A stretch of 64,000 nucleotides of DNA. Source: Pseudogymnoascus verrucosus. Taxonomy: Eukaryota. This document shows, one piece after another, positions 49,019 through 60,972 of this stretch. The translations under genes were made by a program, and so were the position numbers. The stretch lies in NCBI GenBank assembly GCA_001662655.1, contig KV460211.1; one strand, given 5' to 3'. The notes under the pieces were generated by a model. It saw only the letters and a list, made by a program, of their open reading frames with translations. It was not told the origin of the DNA and ran no database searches. Every line of letters starts with the position of its first letter. Within the stretch, counting starts at the first letter, position 1.

Positions 49019-51132
49019 CTACTTCTTCCCAAAAAACCCCGTAATCTTCTGCTCCCCTTTCTCTGCCTTCTTCCCCTTCTTCGGCGTCACAACACCCCTA
49101 TCATTCCTCGTCGAACTCCTCAACCCCCTCCCCTCAGTCTTCACCGGACTCGCCAACGTCCTAGCCTCTTTCTTGACCGGCTCTGCTTTATCAAGGTCCA
49201 GGTTATCGTCATGCTCGCGCTTGATACCTTGTTTGCTCTCTTCTTCCTTTTTTGCTGGCGAAGAGGGGGGTTCCTTCTTTGGTGTTTCGGGTTTGTATTC
49301 CTCCTTCTCGTCGGGTTCTTCTTTCTTTGGTGGTTCTCGTTGGTGGGCGTGTTCAGAGAGGTTCTCAGTTTCGATGGATTCCATTTTGATGTCCCCTTCG
49401 TTGGGTTCTTCTTTCTTGGTCGATGGTTTGTGTTGTATGTTGCGTTTGTGATCTTGCCCCTCCTCATTCTTGGTATCCTCATCCTTGACCTCCTCTTTCT
49501 TGTCCACTTCATCCTCAGCCTCCTCTTTCTTCCCTACTTCATCTTTAACCTCCTCTTTCTTCCCCACCCCCCCCTTCCTCCCCCCAAAGAACCCCTCAAT
49601 CCCCCCCCTCCCCTTCCCCACCGGCACCACAAAATCCGCCGAATCATTCCCAACCTTCCCCACCCCCCTATCCACCTCAAACACCTCCAACTCCGCCTCC
49701 CACCCCCCCAAGCACCCCGCCACATCCCCCCCCCAACCCCTCCCCGGATCCAACCACCTCCACATCTCCTCTCCCCCCGGCTCAAGCATCACCGGCATAC
49801 GGTCATGCAAGAAACTTAACTGTCTACTACTCGCCTTCGTAACAATAGTATACGTATACACCCTCTCCCCCTCGCCCTCGTATTTCACAGAATCCCATAA
49901 TCCGGCAAGACACAACATCCTCCCATCCTTCCTCTTGATATAATGTGGGATCTTCTCCCTCCCGCGATGGAGCCACTCATAAAACCCTTCCATAAGCACA
50001 ACACAGCGTTTCCGCTGCTTCATAGACGTCCACATGCCGTGGGTGGACATCAAGGACTCCGCTCTGCAATTTATCGTCTTCAGAGAGGCTGAGAAATCAG
50101 GGGCGCGCTTGGTCCATGAGGGGATCAGCCCTAGCAATGATCTTGTAAGTTTGGGTCTGTTGAGGGAGGAAGGAAGGAACGAGTGACTGCAGAAGGAAAC
50201 AACGACCCCATAAAAATGGAAGGAACGACCGTCTGCAGAAGGAAGGAACGACCAACTCGAGGAGGAAGGAACGACTTCTTTAACTAAGGAAGGAACGACC
50301 ATGTAAAAAGGGAAAGAACGACCCATTAACTGAGGAAGGAACGACCCATTAACTGAGGAAGGAACGACCGACTTTCAGAGGGAAGGAGCTACCCATTAAC
50401 TGAGGAAGGAACGACCCATTGTCTGAGGAAGGAACGACCGTGTAAAAAGGGAAGGAACGACCCATTATCTGGGGAAGGAACGGCCCATTGTCTGAGGAAG
50501 GAACGACCCTGTAAAAAGGGAAGGACCGACCATGTAAAAGGGGAAGGAACGACCCATTAACTGAGGAAAGAACGACTGACTATAGAAGGAAGGAACGACC
50601 GCGTAAATATGGAAGGAGCGACTCCTTCAACTGAGGAAGGAACGGCCGTGTGTGTAAAGAGGGAAAGAACGACCGACTTTCAGAGGGAAGGAACGACCGC
50701 GTAAAAAGGGAAGGAACGAGAGGGATGGTACGAACCCCATTTCATAGTCTGTAATTTATACTGAACTTCCTTCTCCCCCTCCTTCTGCCCCTCCTCACCT
50801 CCTCCCTCCTCTACCCTACCTCCTTGCCCCTCTTCCCCAGCTTTCTTCGCCTGCTTCTCTCCCCCACCCTTCTCCCCCTCTTTACCCCCATCATGACCGA
50901 CGGCTCTATAAACTAACCCCCGATACGTTGGGGCAAAGTTATGGGTTTGTCGAGGGGCGTCGTCTCCTTCATCCGGGGGGGCGGAGGAGACGGGCATGTT
51001 GAGGTCGGTGTGGAGGTGGGTGCGGACTAGGTAGGGGCGCTGGAAGGGGGGGGGGTTAGTATGGGTTTCCTTGATGAGGGGAGAGGGGAGGAGGGGGGTG
51101 GTTACCATTGAGAGGGAGTAACGGCCACACAT
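49019..51132 (-). CDS. SRAP/HMCES (DUF159) abasic-site protein; introns 51040-51105 and 50131-50735
   Basis: N-terminal MCGRY (catalytic Cys2), NFAPT, MKW|GLIPSW, TINCRAES, RCVVLMEGFYEW, LAGLWD, LHDRMPV, VGKVGND. Confidence 0.92.
50172..50720. repeat. ~24-unit tandem array, 23-27 bp units: conserved GGAAGGAACGACC core + ~10-nt variable part, inside SRAP intron 2
   Basis: Units such as ggaaggaacgacccattaactga, ggaaggaacgaccgtgtaaaaag, ggaaggaacgaccgactttcagag, ggaaggaacgaccgtctgcagaa. Confidence 0.92.
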
Positions 51133-53715
51133 CTTGAACCAAGTCGAAGGTGAGTTATGAATATTCGTGTGGTGAAGCTGGTGCTGCCGACCCAGTGGTT
51201 TGCCCACGCATCAACTGCGCGTGAAGCTCGTAAAACAGTGATAATCAGAATCCAAAGATCGGTTCTTATTCATGTACTATGCAATGCGCAGCTGTTACTT
51301 TATTTTAGAATCCTTGAGCTCCCAGCTTCGAGGCGCCATGGCCAGGCAGCCGCGGCGGCGGTGGGAGGTTTGGGGGAATCGTCATAGGATGCTTATCTTA
51401 TCGGCGACAACTTGCCTTTGGGGAAGAGGGTACTTTATGGGTGAAGAAGAGCAATGGTGATGGACTGGAGGGAGTAGGCAGGTATATTCACAGATTCACA
51501 GTTCCCTTTCTTTGCCTCATTATACCTCATACTGGCACTCCCCTCTCTCCCCCAGATCTGATTCCACAGCTTGCAGTCTATCCTATCCTCTCCCCCTCCT
51601 CCCAATCCATCATAAACCACAACCACCTCCCACCTCCCCCTCCCCCTCCCCCTCAAACAGCAGCAGCAAATGTCTCAGCAACTTCCGTTATAGGGCTAAC
51701 CACGATAATCCCTCAACCCGTACGTACATGCGTGCGTGATTATCGTCCGTGATGCAACGCCGGGGGATCATCATATTTCACAAATTCCCGTCTTTGTCAC
51801 TGACGCAGGGGGCCGCAAGCGTGTTATTTTTGGTTCGCGCGTGTGTGCAAACAGCGTGATAGATGATTTGTGTACAATACTGTTTCTCTACTGGACTGGG
51901 GACTGGGAAAGAGGGGATTGATGCACTGTAGGTATAACCAGTATCCTCCGCCGTCGTGATGAGGGATGCAATTATGATGCTCTGTATGTATAACCTGTAT
52001 CTACCACCGTCGTGATGAGAGATGTGAGTAAGTAAGCCTCGTTGAGTCGGTGGACACGGAGTCAGTCAGCATAGGCAGCCTCTTTACTACGTAAATAGTA
52101 GTGATGTTCTCCTTCCTTCCATACGAGGAGAGGAAGTGAGTAAGTAAGTATATACGCAGCTTACCATCCCGCTGACTGAGACTTGCCTGCCAGCCTACCT
52201 GCCTACCTGCCTACCTGCCTACCTGCCTTGGCCCAGGCGTCTTTGATGAGTGAGCGAGGCAAGAAACCAAGCAAGGGAGGATCGGGCGGGCGAACAAACA
52301 ATACCCGTCCCAGCCCATCCCTTCCGTCCGTTTATCGGCAGGAATGTATGTGGCAATACCGTGGTCGAAAGTGGGAAAATAGGAATAGCCCGAGTCTTTC
52401 TTCGCCTGTGACACCTCATGAAATTCACTTCCTCGGCACACGCAGGCACAAGACTGGTCTGTGGGTGGTGGGTGATTGGCGTTCTTTTCGTAGGGAGGAC
52501 GCGTTGGTTGTAATTTAATTGGGAATTATGGGGACGATGGACGGCGACGGACGAGAACGTTGACGCGTGTGGTGTGGTACGGTGGCGGTGGTGGTTGTAC
52601 TTTGTGCAAGCAGTACGGTATTTGTATGTGGGTGATTAGGAGATGAGGATGTTTTATACGTGTGAGATGGGATGGGATACGTGGACTGTACGATGGACTG
52701 TACTATGGGATAGATGAGCGTGTGTAGAGTATCTGTATACTGCGAACTGTCAGTTGTCAACTGTTGCTGTTGCTGTTACTGTAACTGTTACTGTAATCGT
52801 AGTGCATGAGGTGTAAAGTATCTGTATACTACACTCTGTAACTATACTGCTGTGTATGAGGTATGAGATATGAACGCATACCAGATGAAGCAGTAGACGG
52901 AGAAAGGCAGAGCAGACAGTGCATGTACCAAATACCTCCACCCACTACTCCCTGCCATACAACCCCCCCATACAAACGACTAAACTCCCCAAGTCCCAAC
53001 CACCTCACCCTCCTAAACTCCACCAAAAACAGTCGTAGTGTAATCCCACCGGTAATACTAATGCACAGTAATGCCCAGCAATTATCCCCAATTATCCCCA
53101 CGCTTACCCCCATCCGGCAATCCAAGCGAGGAAAATCGCAGCCAAAAACCCAAGGAGTCAAACTACACTACTGCTAAACTCCGTTACTCTAACTTTAGCC
53201 CCCAGGTCATTTTGTTGTGGGTTGGTGTTGGAAAGAGGTTCACTCACAACCCACCACCACCCCAAGAAAAATGTCGACGGGGCTGGCTGGCAACCACATA
53301 CCGAAACTTCAGCCCATACATCCGCCCTTCCCTTCCCTTAGTATTAGTAGACCAAGAGCCACCATGGCCCCGAACAAAAGGCTATCAATGCCACTTTGGC
53401 ATCATCCCATCCCATAATTACCACCAACTCCCCCATACCCAACACACCGACCAAACAATCCATCATCACCATCACCATTACCCATCACCCATCATTCATT
53501 TTCTTGATAAAACTACCACATCACGACGACAGACCTCATCGTCACCACCACCAACCATAATCTGAGTCGTCGCTCGATCGATCAATCTATCCCCCATAAA
53601 CCCATCCGTCACTCAACGACGCCATCACCACGAGGCCCCCATCAAACACCCGTACAAAGAACCCAGTTTGCCTTATCACCCTCACCCCCAAACGCGACAC
53701 TCCCACGCGCACACC

Positions 53716-54675
53716 ATGGCCAGCGCGCACAAAACCTCCCCCTCGACCCCCAGCGGCAGCGGGAGCAATCGCTCCAAGAAAGCCACCTCCAAATCCCTCA
53801 TCGTGCGACTAAAGCTGTCCTCTGCCTCCCTCGCCAAGTTCCTCCCCGCTGCCGCTGAACCCATCAAGAGCGAGTCCCAAGCCACAGACGACAAACCCGC
53901 GTCATCATCTACGACCTCATCGCTCTCGGATTCCAAGGCTCCGACTGCGTCGCCGCTGGCGGAGGGAGAGGCGTCGAATGGGAATACGCCTGTGCCGAGC
54001 GGGACGGACGATTCGGTCGCGATGCCGCCGCCTGCTGAGGGAGTGAAGGGGGGAAAGGGGAAGAAGAGGGCGAGTTTGCTGGTTGATGGAGTTGTGAAGC
54101 CGAGGGGGAAGCCGGGGCCGAAGAAGAGGAAGCTGTGAGTTATATCCTATACCATCCATCCATCCCTTCCAGCATTACACAGATCGACCTCCTATGATCT
54201 CAATTCCCTATTCCTCCACCTTCACACTACACTACAAAGAAAGAGAACATCTACTGACACCCACCTCAGCGACGACGGAACAGCCGACTCCCCATCCTCC
54301 AAACCCCCCCACCTCTCCACCGCCCACAAACTCGGTCCCAAAGCCAACCAAGGCGCCATAAACGCCGGCCTGCGCGCGCTCGACCGCTCCGGCGCCCCGT
54401 GCCGCAAATGGGCCCGCGGCGGATTCGCCATAAAGAGCTTCACGGGGACGACGTGGGAGATTCCGAGGTGGAGGGCGCCGCCGAAGGTTTCGGTTACGGG
54501 CGTGGATGGGAAGGGAGAGGGGGAGAATGGAGGGGAGGGGAGTAGTGGGAAGGAGAATAAGGATAGTAGCCAGGTGGAGAGTGAGAAGAGCAATGCGGGG
54601 AGGGATGTGGAGATGAGTTCGCCGGGGGTGCAGGCTAGTTCGCCGGCGCCGGCTATGGTTGCTGCTGCTTCTTAG
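53716..54675 (+). CDS. IES4: INO80 complex subunit Ies4-like (DUF1711); intron 54135-54269
   Basis: SLIVRLKL, KPRGKPGPKKRK, HKLGPKANQGAINAGLRALDRSGAPCRKW...KSFTGTTWEIPRW. Confidence 0.85.
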
Positions 54676-55395
54676 ACTTCCGACTGGCTGTTGTGTCTGG
54701 TCGGTCAGTCGGTAGGCTGGAAAGGCGTCGGGCGTCTCTCCCTCTCATCGCTGGGAGGGGGTTGTATAACGGATCGAGTGTGTGCGTTTCTCTTTTCGAT
54801 GTTTCTGTCATTTTCTGGCGTTTTTTCGGGGTGTTTGACGGTCATCATCCTATGGGTAGAACGGGGCGAGGGACAGCATGGGTATGGTACTGGGTGCTAC
54901 GGTGCGCGGCTTGAACTCTCTGGTTTTCTTCGCTGGGTTTGGGGGGTTGTAAAAGGGTACTGGGGATAGGGATTGGGATGGGGGAGTTACGAATTGTAAC
55001 AATAGAAAGATTGGAAGAAGGGTATGCTTTAAGGTCGTTGGTTGTGTGTATTATACATTATAGGAGAGAGGAGAATGGATTGGTATATCTTATGCATGTA
55101 TTTCTGCTGTGATTGTAACTTGCTTGGGGTATCTTCTCGTGGTTGGAAAGCATCCGGTGATATATATACCCCCCCCCCAAAATGCACCCCCATTTCACCC
55201 TGCTCTATGCTGGTGAGGGTGGACGCCACGAGAAAGCCCCAGATCTGGCGTGACGACGTGGTAAGGCATAACTGCATCACGCCATGCCTGACTGTCAGTC
55301 CAGCTGCGATTTAGAGGCAGGTCGAGGGTAGCATCCTCTATATCCTCTATGTTCCCTCGCCGCCTCACCCCCGTCTTTCTAACCTCCCTCTTTCT

Positions 55396-56051
55396 TCAAT
55401 TCTTCGCCTTCCCATCTACCTCCTTCCCCCTCAACTCCTCCAAAAAGTTCGTCCCAAACCTAACCGCCTGCTCATACGCCACCTCAAACCCCTCCTCACC
55501 ACCATAATACGGGTCCTCGACCTGCTCCACCTTCCCATTCCCGCTGTACTCCCCGAAGAGGAGAACCTTGGCTTTCCCATTGGGGGCTTTGAGTTGTTGT
55601 ATCCGCTTGGTGCCAGAGAGGTTCGAGGAGTCCATGGCGAAGATGTAGTCGAATTCTTGGAAATCTGAGGGGCGGAGCTGTGGGGTGTTAGCCGGGGGAC
55701 TTTCTCTTTCGGGGGGGGGGGGGGTGGGTTTTGGATGGGGGAGAGGGGGGTTGGTTTTGGATGAGGGAGAGGGGGGAGGGGAGGGGGAACAGCGGGGGAA
55801 AGAGGAGGAGGAGGAAATACCTGTCTAGCAGCATGTTTATACCCCTTCACCCCCTTCGCCTTCAGCGTCGCCATCGTCCTGCGATCGGGCGAATCGCCAA
55901 CATGATACGCGCCCGTGCCGCAGCTGTCGATGCGATCGATGAGGTCTGTATAGGGCTCCGTCTGGGCGAGGGATTGGAAGACGCCTTCGCTCATTGTGGA
56001 GCGGCAGATGTTGCCGAGGCAGACGAAGAGGACGGAGGTTTTTTCGGACAT
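55396..56051 (-). CDS. LTP1: Low-molecular-weight protein tyrosine phosphatase; intron 55678-55820
   Basis: VLFVCLGNICRS P-loop, IDSCGTGAYH, FDYIFAMD, VEDPYYGG. Confidence 0.93.
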
Positions 56052-56737
56052 TGTTTTTGCTGTTTTCCTGTCGGACTTCAGGTATATGGTAAGTAAGAAA
56101 GAAGATATAGTAGGGAAGTAAAGGCGGTTTTGTTTATAACTTTTCAATGTTCCTGGCTACCATCCACCCACTGCCACCTCCACCCCTCCACACAAATAGG
56201 TACGTACCCCAAAGTCCGGAAGCCCAATAACTCCGGCCGGTTGCCACCCTGTGGTTTCGAACGGCGCTAGTAGGTGTATGAGCGGTGTTGTACTTGTAGC
56301 TTGTCACCTCATCGTCCGCCCGCGGTTTAGCAGCAGTAGCAGCAGTAGTAGTGAGGGTATCCAGCGTCTATGACCGACGTCCCCTTCTTCCCCAACCACC
56401 ACAAAACACCCTCTCTTCAAATAAAACCAGTCCCTTCATTGAACCCCCCTTCGAGATATAATGTCAAGCACGAACATGTGCATCTTTTGAACGTTCCCCT
56501 GTGAGAAAACGGGCTCACTGGGTCTCTCCCCCATTCTAAGCTTCGGCCGACGAACCTATCGTGAATCCCCAACGACATCCCCCAGTGAACAACTCGCGAC
56601 GTCAACCCCCAGTCGAGACATCCATATACCGATAAGCCCATACCAACCTTACACCAGCTCCAAAGCCGCATCTCGAACTTTTCCCAGCTCCTCATAACCC
56701 TCCAACGAGCACAACCCACGAAACCAGCCCAGCCACC

Positions 56738-59366
56738 ATGGCGAACCCATTCTCGAGCCCCGGGAACCGCACCACGAACATGCCCACCGCACCCCCCGGC
56801 CACGCCCCCCGCCGCTCCTCCTACGCCGCCGTCGTCTCTGGCACAACCCCCACCACCGACGTCTTCGGCTTCGACAGCGGCAACCGCTACCTCCCCAGCT
56901 CCGACCAGCGGCACCTCATCGATCCGCGGCACACCCTCAACGGGTCATGGGGCACGCCCTCGCACGGCGGTCTGCCGCGATACTCGCGCGCCTACGCTGA
57001 GCTGATCAATACATACGGGTACGACGGGGACGGGGACCATTTCTTCGTCCCATCGTACCTGCGGGGGTCGGCGTACATACAGACGCTCGAGACGGCGTAT
57101 CGGGCTAAGGTGGCGGCGGCGAGGGAGGCGGCGCAGTCGAGACACTCGTCCCAGCCTGGATCGCTGTCGACGAGTGCGAGTGCGGCGAATTTGAACGTGG
57201 CGGGGAAACTGGCGCCGTCGCATAGGGGGATGACGTTTGAGCTGATTGAGAAGGCGGCGCCGGTGGAGGCGGAGGGCGTGCAGATGTTGCCGTCGAGGTG
57301 GAATGCGAATGATAAGTATGCGGGGTTGGAGGTGTTGAGGGATGGCTGTGAGGTTGCGTTTACGGGGGGGAAGACGACGGAGTATGAGGCGTATTCGATT
57401 AGAGCGGATCATGCGATGCCGGTGCAGTCGGGGATTTACTATTTTGAGGTCAAGATTGTGTCGAGGAAGGTGGAAGAGTAAGCGGTTCCTCTTCTTGTGT
57501 GTGTGCTTGGGATGATGGGATGTGTGTGGCTAATATTTGGAGTAGTAGCTCGATTGCGATCGGATTCTCGACGAAGGATGTGCCACTCTCTAGACCACCG
57601 GGGTGGGAGCCGAATTCTTGGGCGTACCATGGTGATGATGGGCATTCGTACTGTTGCCAGAGTTCGGGAAAGACCTATGGACCTACGTTTACTACAGATG
57701 ATGTTATTGGATGTGGCGTTAACTTTCATACTGAATCTGCGTTCTTTACCAAGAATGGTAATCATTTAGGTATGCATGGCTTTTATTTCTGCTGTAGTAG
57801 TAGGCCATGTTGAAGATTGGCAGCTACGATCTTCATCCCCTGGCTGCTCCTTCCGTCTTTAACTTTGTATACTGACATTAGGCAGGCACGGCGTTCCGCG
57901 AGGTTAGAGGGAAGCTCTTTCCGTCTGTGGGGATGATGAAGCCAGGCGAGCATGTCTGGGTTAATTTTGGGCAGAGTCCCTTTGAGTTTGATATTGATAG
58001 TATGATACTGGTTAGTACACGTCCAAACCTTCCTTCTTACTTCATTACCCTCTCTTCGATCCCACAATCCATCCCACTGAGAAAGCCCCCACGTAATAGA
58101 ACGTTCAAAGAGGGATAAGAAATATTGGCAGCAGATTCTCATGGCTACGTATGCACATGCTAAAGCTAGAATACAGAAAGAGAAGAAAGCTATTGAGGAG
58201 CAGGTTGCGGCGACGAGGTACGTGAATCTATAGCTATGTTTTGTGAGTTTATGCTGATGATGACTTAGTACTGCGAATCTTGCACCTCCACTCGATGAGA
58301 CGAGTTTGATCCAGTCGTTGGTAGGTTTTCAGTCCCGATTTTGCTTATCATGAGCCTAACACGTTTCCACCAGGTCTTACAATACCTCGCACATGACGGC
58401 TACGTCGAAACAGCCAAAGCCTTCTCCGACGAAGTACGATCCGAGAAGCAAGCCCTAAACATCGGCAACAAAGAAGAAGTCAAGGGCTTCGAATTCCACG
58501 ACGACGGCGACGCAAGCCAGCGTCAAGGTCAGCCCCCTCCTCCCCCTCATCCACCATCACCTTCTCCGGCTAACCCCCATCCCAGAAATCCGCAACGCCA
58601 TCCTCGACGGCGACGTGGACAGCGCGCTCCAACTCACCGAATCCCACTACCCCAAAGTGTTCGAAGACGACGAGGACATCTACTTCCGCCTCCAATGCCG
58701 CAAATTCATCGAGATGATCCACCGCGGCGCCGAGATCCGCTCCCGCGCCTCCACCGGCCGCACTAACGGCCATCACGAATACGACGCCTACGACGACATG
58801 GTGAACCAAGACATGGAGCTCGACCACCCGCACGAGCAGAATGGGGGGTTCGATAAGATGGACACCGACAGCGGCGGCGGCAACGGAGGAGGTGCGACCA
58901 ATGGCGCGGTGCACGATGATTATGATAGGCTCCTTGAGGAGACTATTAATTTCGGGAAGGCGATTTCGGCGGAGTTCGCGCATGATAAGAGACAGAGTAC
59001 GCAGAGGGCGCTGAGGGATGCGTTTGCGTTGATGGCGTATGAGGATCCGGTGAACTCGCCGGATGTGGCGCATCATTTGGCGTTGCATAAGAGGGTTACG
59101 CTGGCGGAGGATTTGAATTCTGCGATTTTGGGTAAGCGATTCTCACCCGTCCATTCATCTATTTGTTCTGTAGTATGGATTTATGTAGCACGTGCTAACT
59201 TACCATCGCAGTCTCGCAAGGGAAGAACCCCTCAACGGCCCTCGAGCGCTTGATCAAGCAAACCGTGGTGCTCGCAGAGGATTTGGCCGAGAATGGCGGC
59301 CCAGGGTCGTTTGTCAACGTCTATGATTACATGAAGCCACGTCCGCCATCGCCGAGCCCGTTCTAG
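56738..59366 (+). CDS. RanBPM/Gid1-like CTLH/GID complex subunit (SPRY-LisH-CTLH-CRA), multi-exon
   Basis: LPSRWN, GIYYFEV, PGWEPNSWAYHGDDG, YGPTFTTDDVIGCG, NFGQSPFEFDI, LQYLAHDGYVETA, FRLQCRKFIEMI, AFALMAYEDP, LAEDLNSAIL. Confidence 0.9.
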
Positions 59367-60006
59367 ACTCTAGACTTCCCGTCTTTCCCAGATCCCGCTT
59401 TTTCGGCCACCCCCTCCCCTCCCCTCCCCTCCCCTCCCCTTAGTCGTTTTTTTACCGTCAGGGATCGTTTATTGGTTGGTTTTGCTCGTGTGACGCGCGA
59501 GGAGTTTTGTTTGCATTTGCATGGATGGTGTAGTGGGTGGGGTGGGGGTGGGTTGGTTGGTTGGTTGGATTGTTTACTGATTTCTGGCCTGGGGACGGGG
59601 GACGGGGATTGATGGATAGTTTGGTACGGGGAGGAGGGGAGAGGGTGGGGGTTTTAAAGTTCTCTGTGGTGACGAGGGGATAGATGACACGGTGCACAGA
59701 GGGAACCGAGAGCGGATGGTGGTTTGGACGTGCATGTGGATACGTAGGATGCATAGTTCATATAATATAAGGTTTAGAGATTTAATCCTGTTGTGTGTGA
59801 TCTGACTACCGTAACGCCGCTGATGATGAAGGAAATCTGTCTATCTTGGTACATTATGTGCGTCTATGCCAACCCGTCCTTCTCGTACAGTATGTCCTAC
59901 AAATCGCTCTGATGAAATATCCACCCAAATCCTCTTGAATATTCGTACATCTCCTCAACTCTCCATCCCATCCTCCCCAGTTCCCCCCTTTTCACCCCCC
60001 TATCCC

Positions 60007-60972
60007 CTACTCCCCCCCCCAACACCTCTTCAACACCCTCTCCCTATGCTCCACAAGCGCCCCCCACCTCCTAACCTCCCTCCCCAGCCTCCCATCCCCC
60101 CACCCCATCCCCTCCTCAAGCACTAAATGCGTATACGCAAACATCTCCGCATCCAACATCGTCACCCCCCCTCCCTCCCCCCCCAAAACCCATTCCTCCC
60201 CCTCCAACGCCCCCGCAAGCGCCTCAAATGCCGCAGCTGCCCTGGCATAAATATCGTCGATATCAACCACGCCCCCTGGGGCGGCGATGGACAGTTGCTC
60301 GTGGGCTGCGCGTCGCAGGGTTATGCCTTGGTAGGTTTGGACGAGCCAGGAGGAGGTGGCGGGGGCGAGGTAGAGGCGCGTTGGGAGGGAGGCGTTGGCG
60401 GGGGTGAGGTAGACGGCGTGGAGGAAGGCGGGACGGATGGCGTCGTCTATTAGGGAGGCGTAGACTTTTGCTTTTGGGTGGGAGGGGCGCGCTGGGAGGG
60501 GGTGGCCGGCTTTCGCGGCGTAATTTAGGATCTGGCCCGCCCCAATCGGCAAGAGCGCAGCAGGAAGAAGCGGGGAGGAAGTAGGCGGCAGCAAGAACGG
60601 GAGGGCGCCGGTGGGTGAGGCGTGGTTTGTGGAGTTCGTAATTGTGTGTGGGAGAGAGGCGAGGCGGAGGGCGGTTTGGTGTTTTAAACAGGTTGGGTTT
60701 GGGGAGGGGCCTGTGGGGGAGGAGGGGGAGGTAAAGATGTGGAGGGTTGGAAGGGGGGAGGGGGAGGGGGAGCGAGTGGGGAGGGGGTTGGGGGCGTAGG
60801 TGTGTAGGGGGACGAGGTCGAAGAGGGTGCGAATTGGGGCGGGGATGGTGAAGAGGGTTCGGAGACGGGTGGGGAGGGTTGCGGTTTCGGTGTCGGTCTG
60901 TTGGGTGGAGTTGGATTGTTCGTCTTTTGGTGGGGAGGTGGAGGTGGAGGAGGGTGCCTGTGATGGCGGCAT
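60007..60972 (-). CDS. SAM35: Metaxin/Sam35-like mitochondrial outer membrane SAM subunit (GST-like fold)
   Basis: FTIPAPIRTLFDLVPLHTY, PNPTCLKHQTALRL, NHASPTGALPFLLP, AFEALAGAL, LDAEMFAYTHLVL. Confidence 0.8.
   Translation of the reverse strand: MPPSQAPSSTSTSPPKDEQSNSTQQTDTETATLPTRLRTLFTIPAPIRTLFDLVPLHTYAPNPLPTRSPSPSPLPTLHIFTSPSSPTGPSPNPTCLKHQTALRLASLPHTITNSTNHASPTGALPFLLPPTSSPLLPAALLPIGAGQILNYAAKAGHPLPARPSHPKAKVYASLIDDAIRPAFLHAVYLTPANASLPTRLYLAPATSSWLVQTYQGITLRRAAHEQLSIAAPGGVVDIDDIYARAAAAFEALAGALEGEEWVLGGEGGGVTMLDAEMFAYTHLVLEEGMGWGDGRLGREVRRWGALVEHRERVLKRCWGGE

Noticed and set aside
49019..50326. 435-aa ORF from the track as the complete SRAP protein
   Set aside because: Its N-terminus is translated intronic repeat; the real start MCGRY is at 51132
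50172..50720. CRISPR array interpretation of the intronic repeat
   Set aside because: Eukaryotic intron, 13-nt core, ~10-nt variable parts that recur, no leader or cas genes
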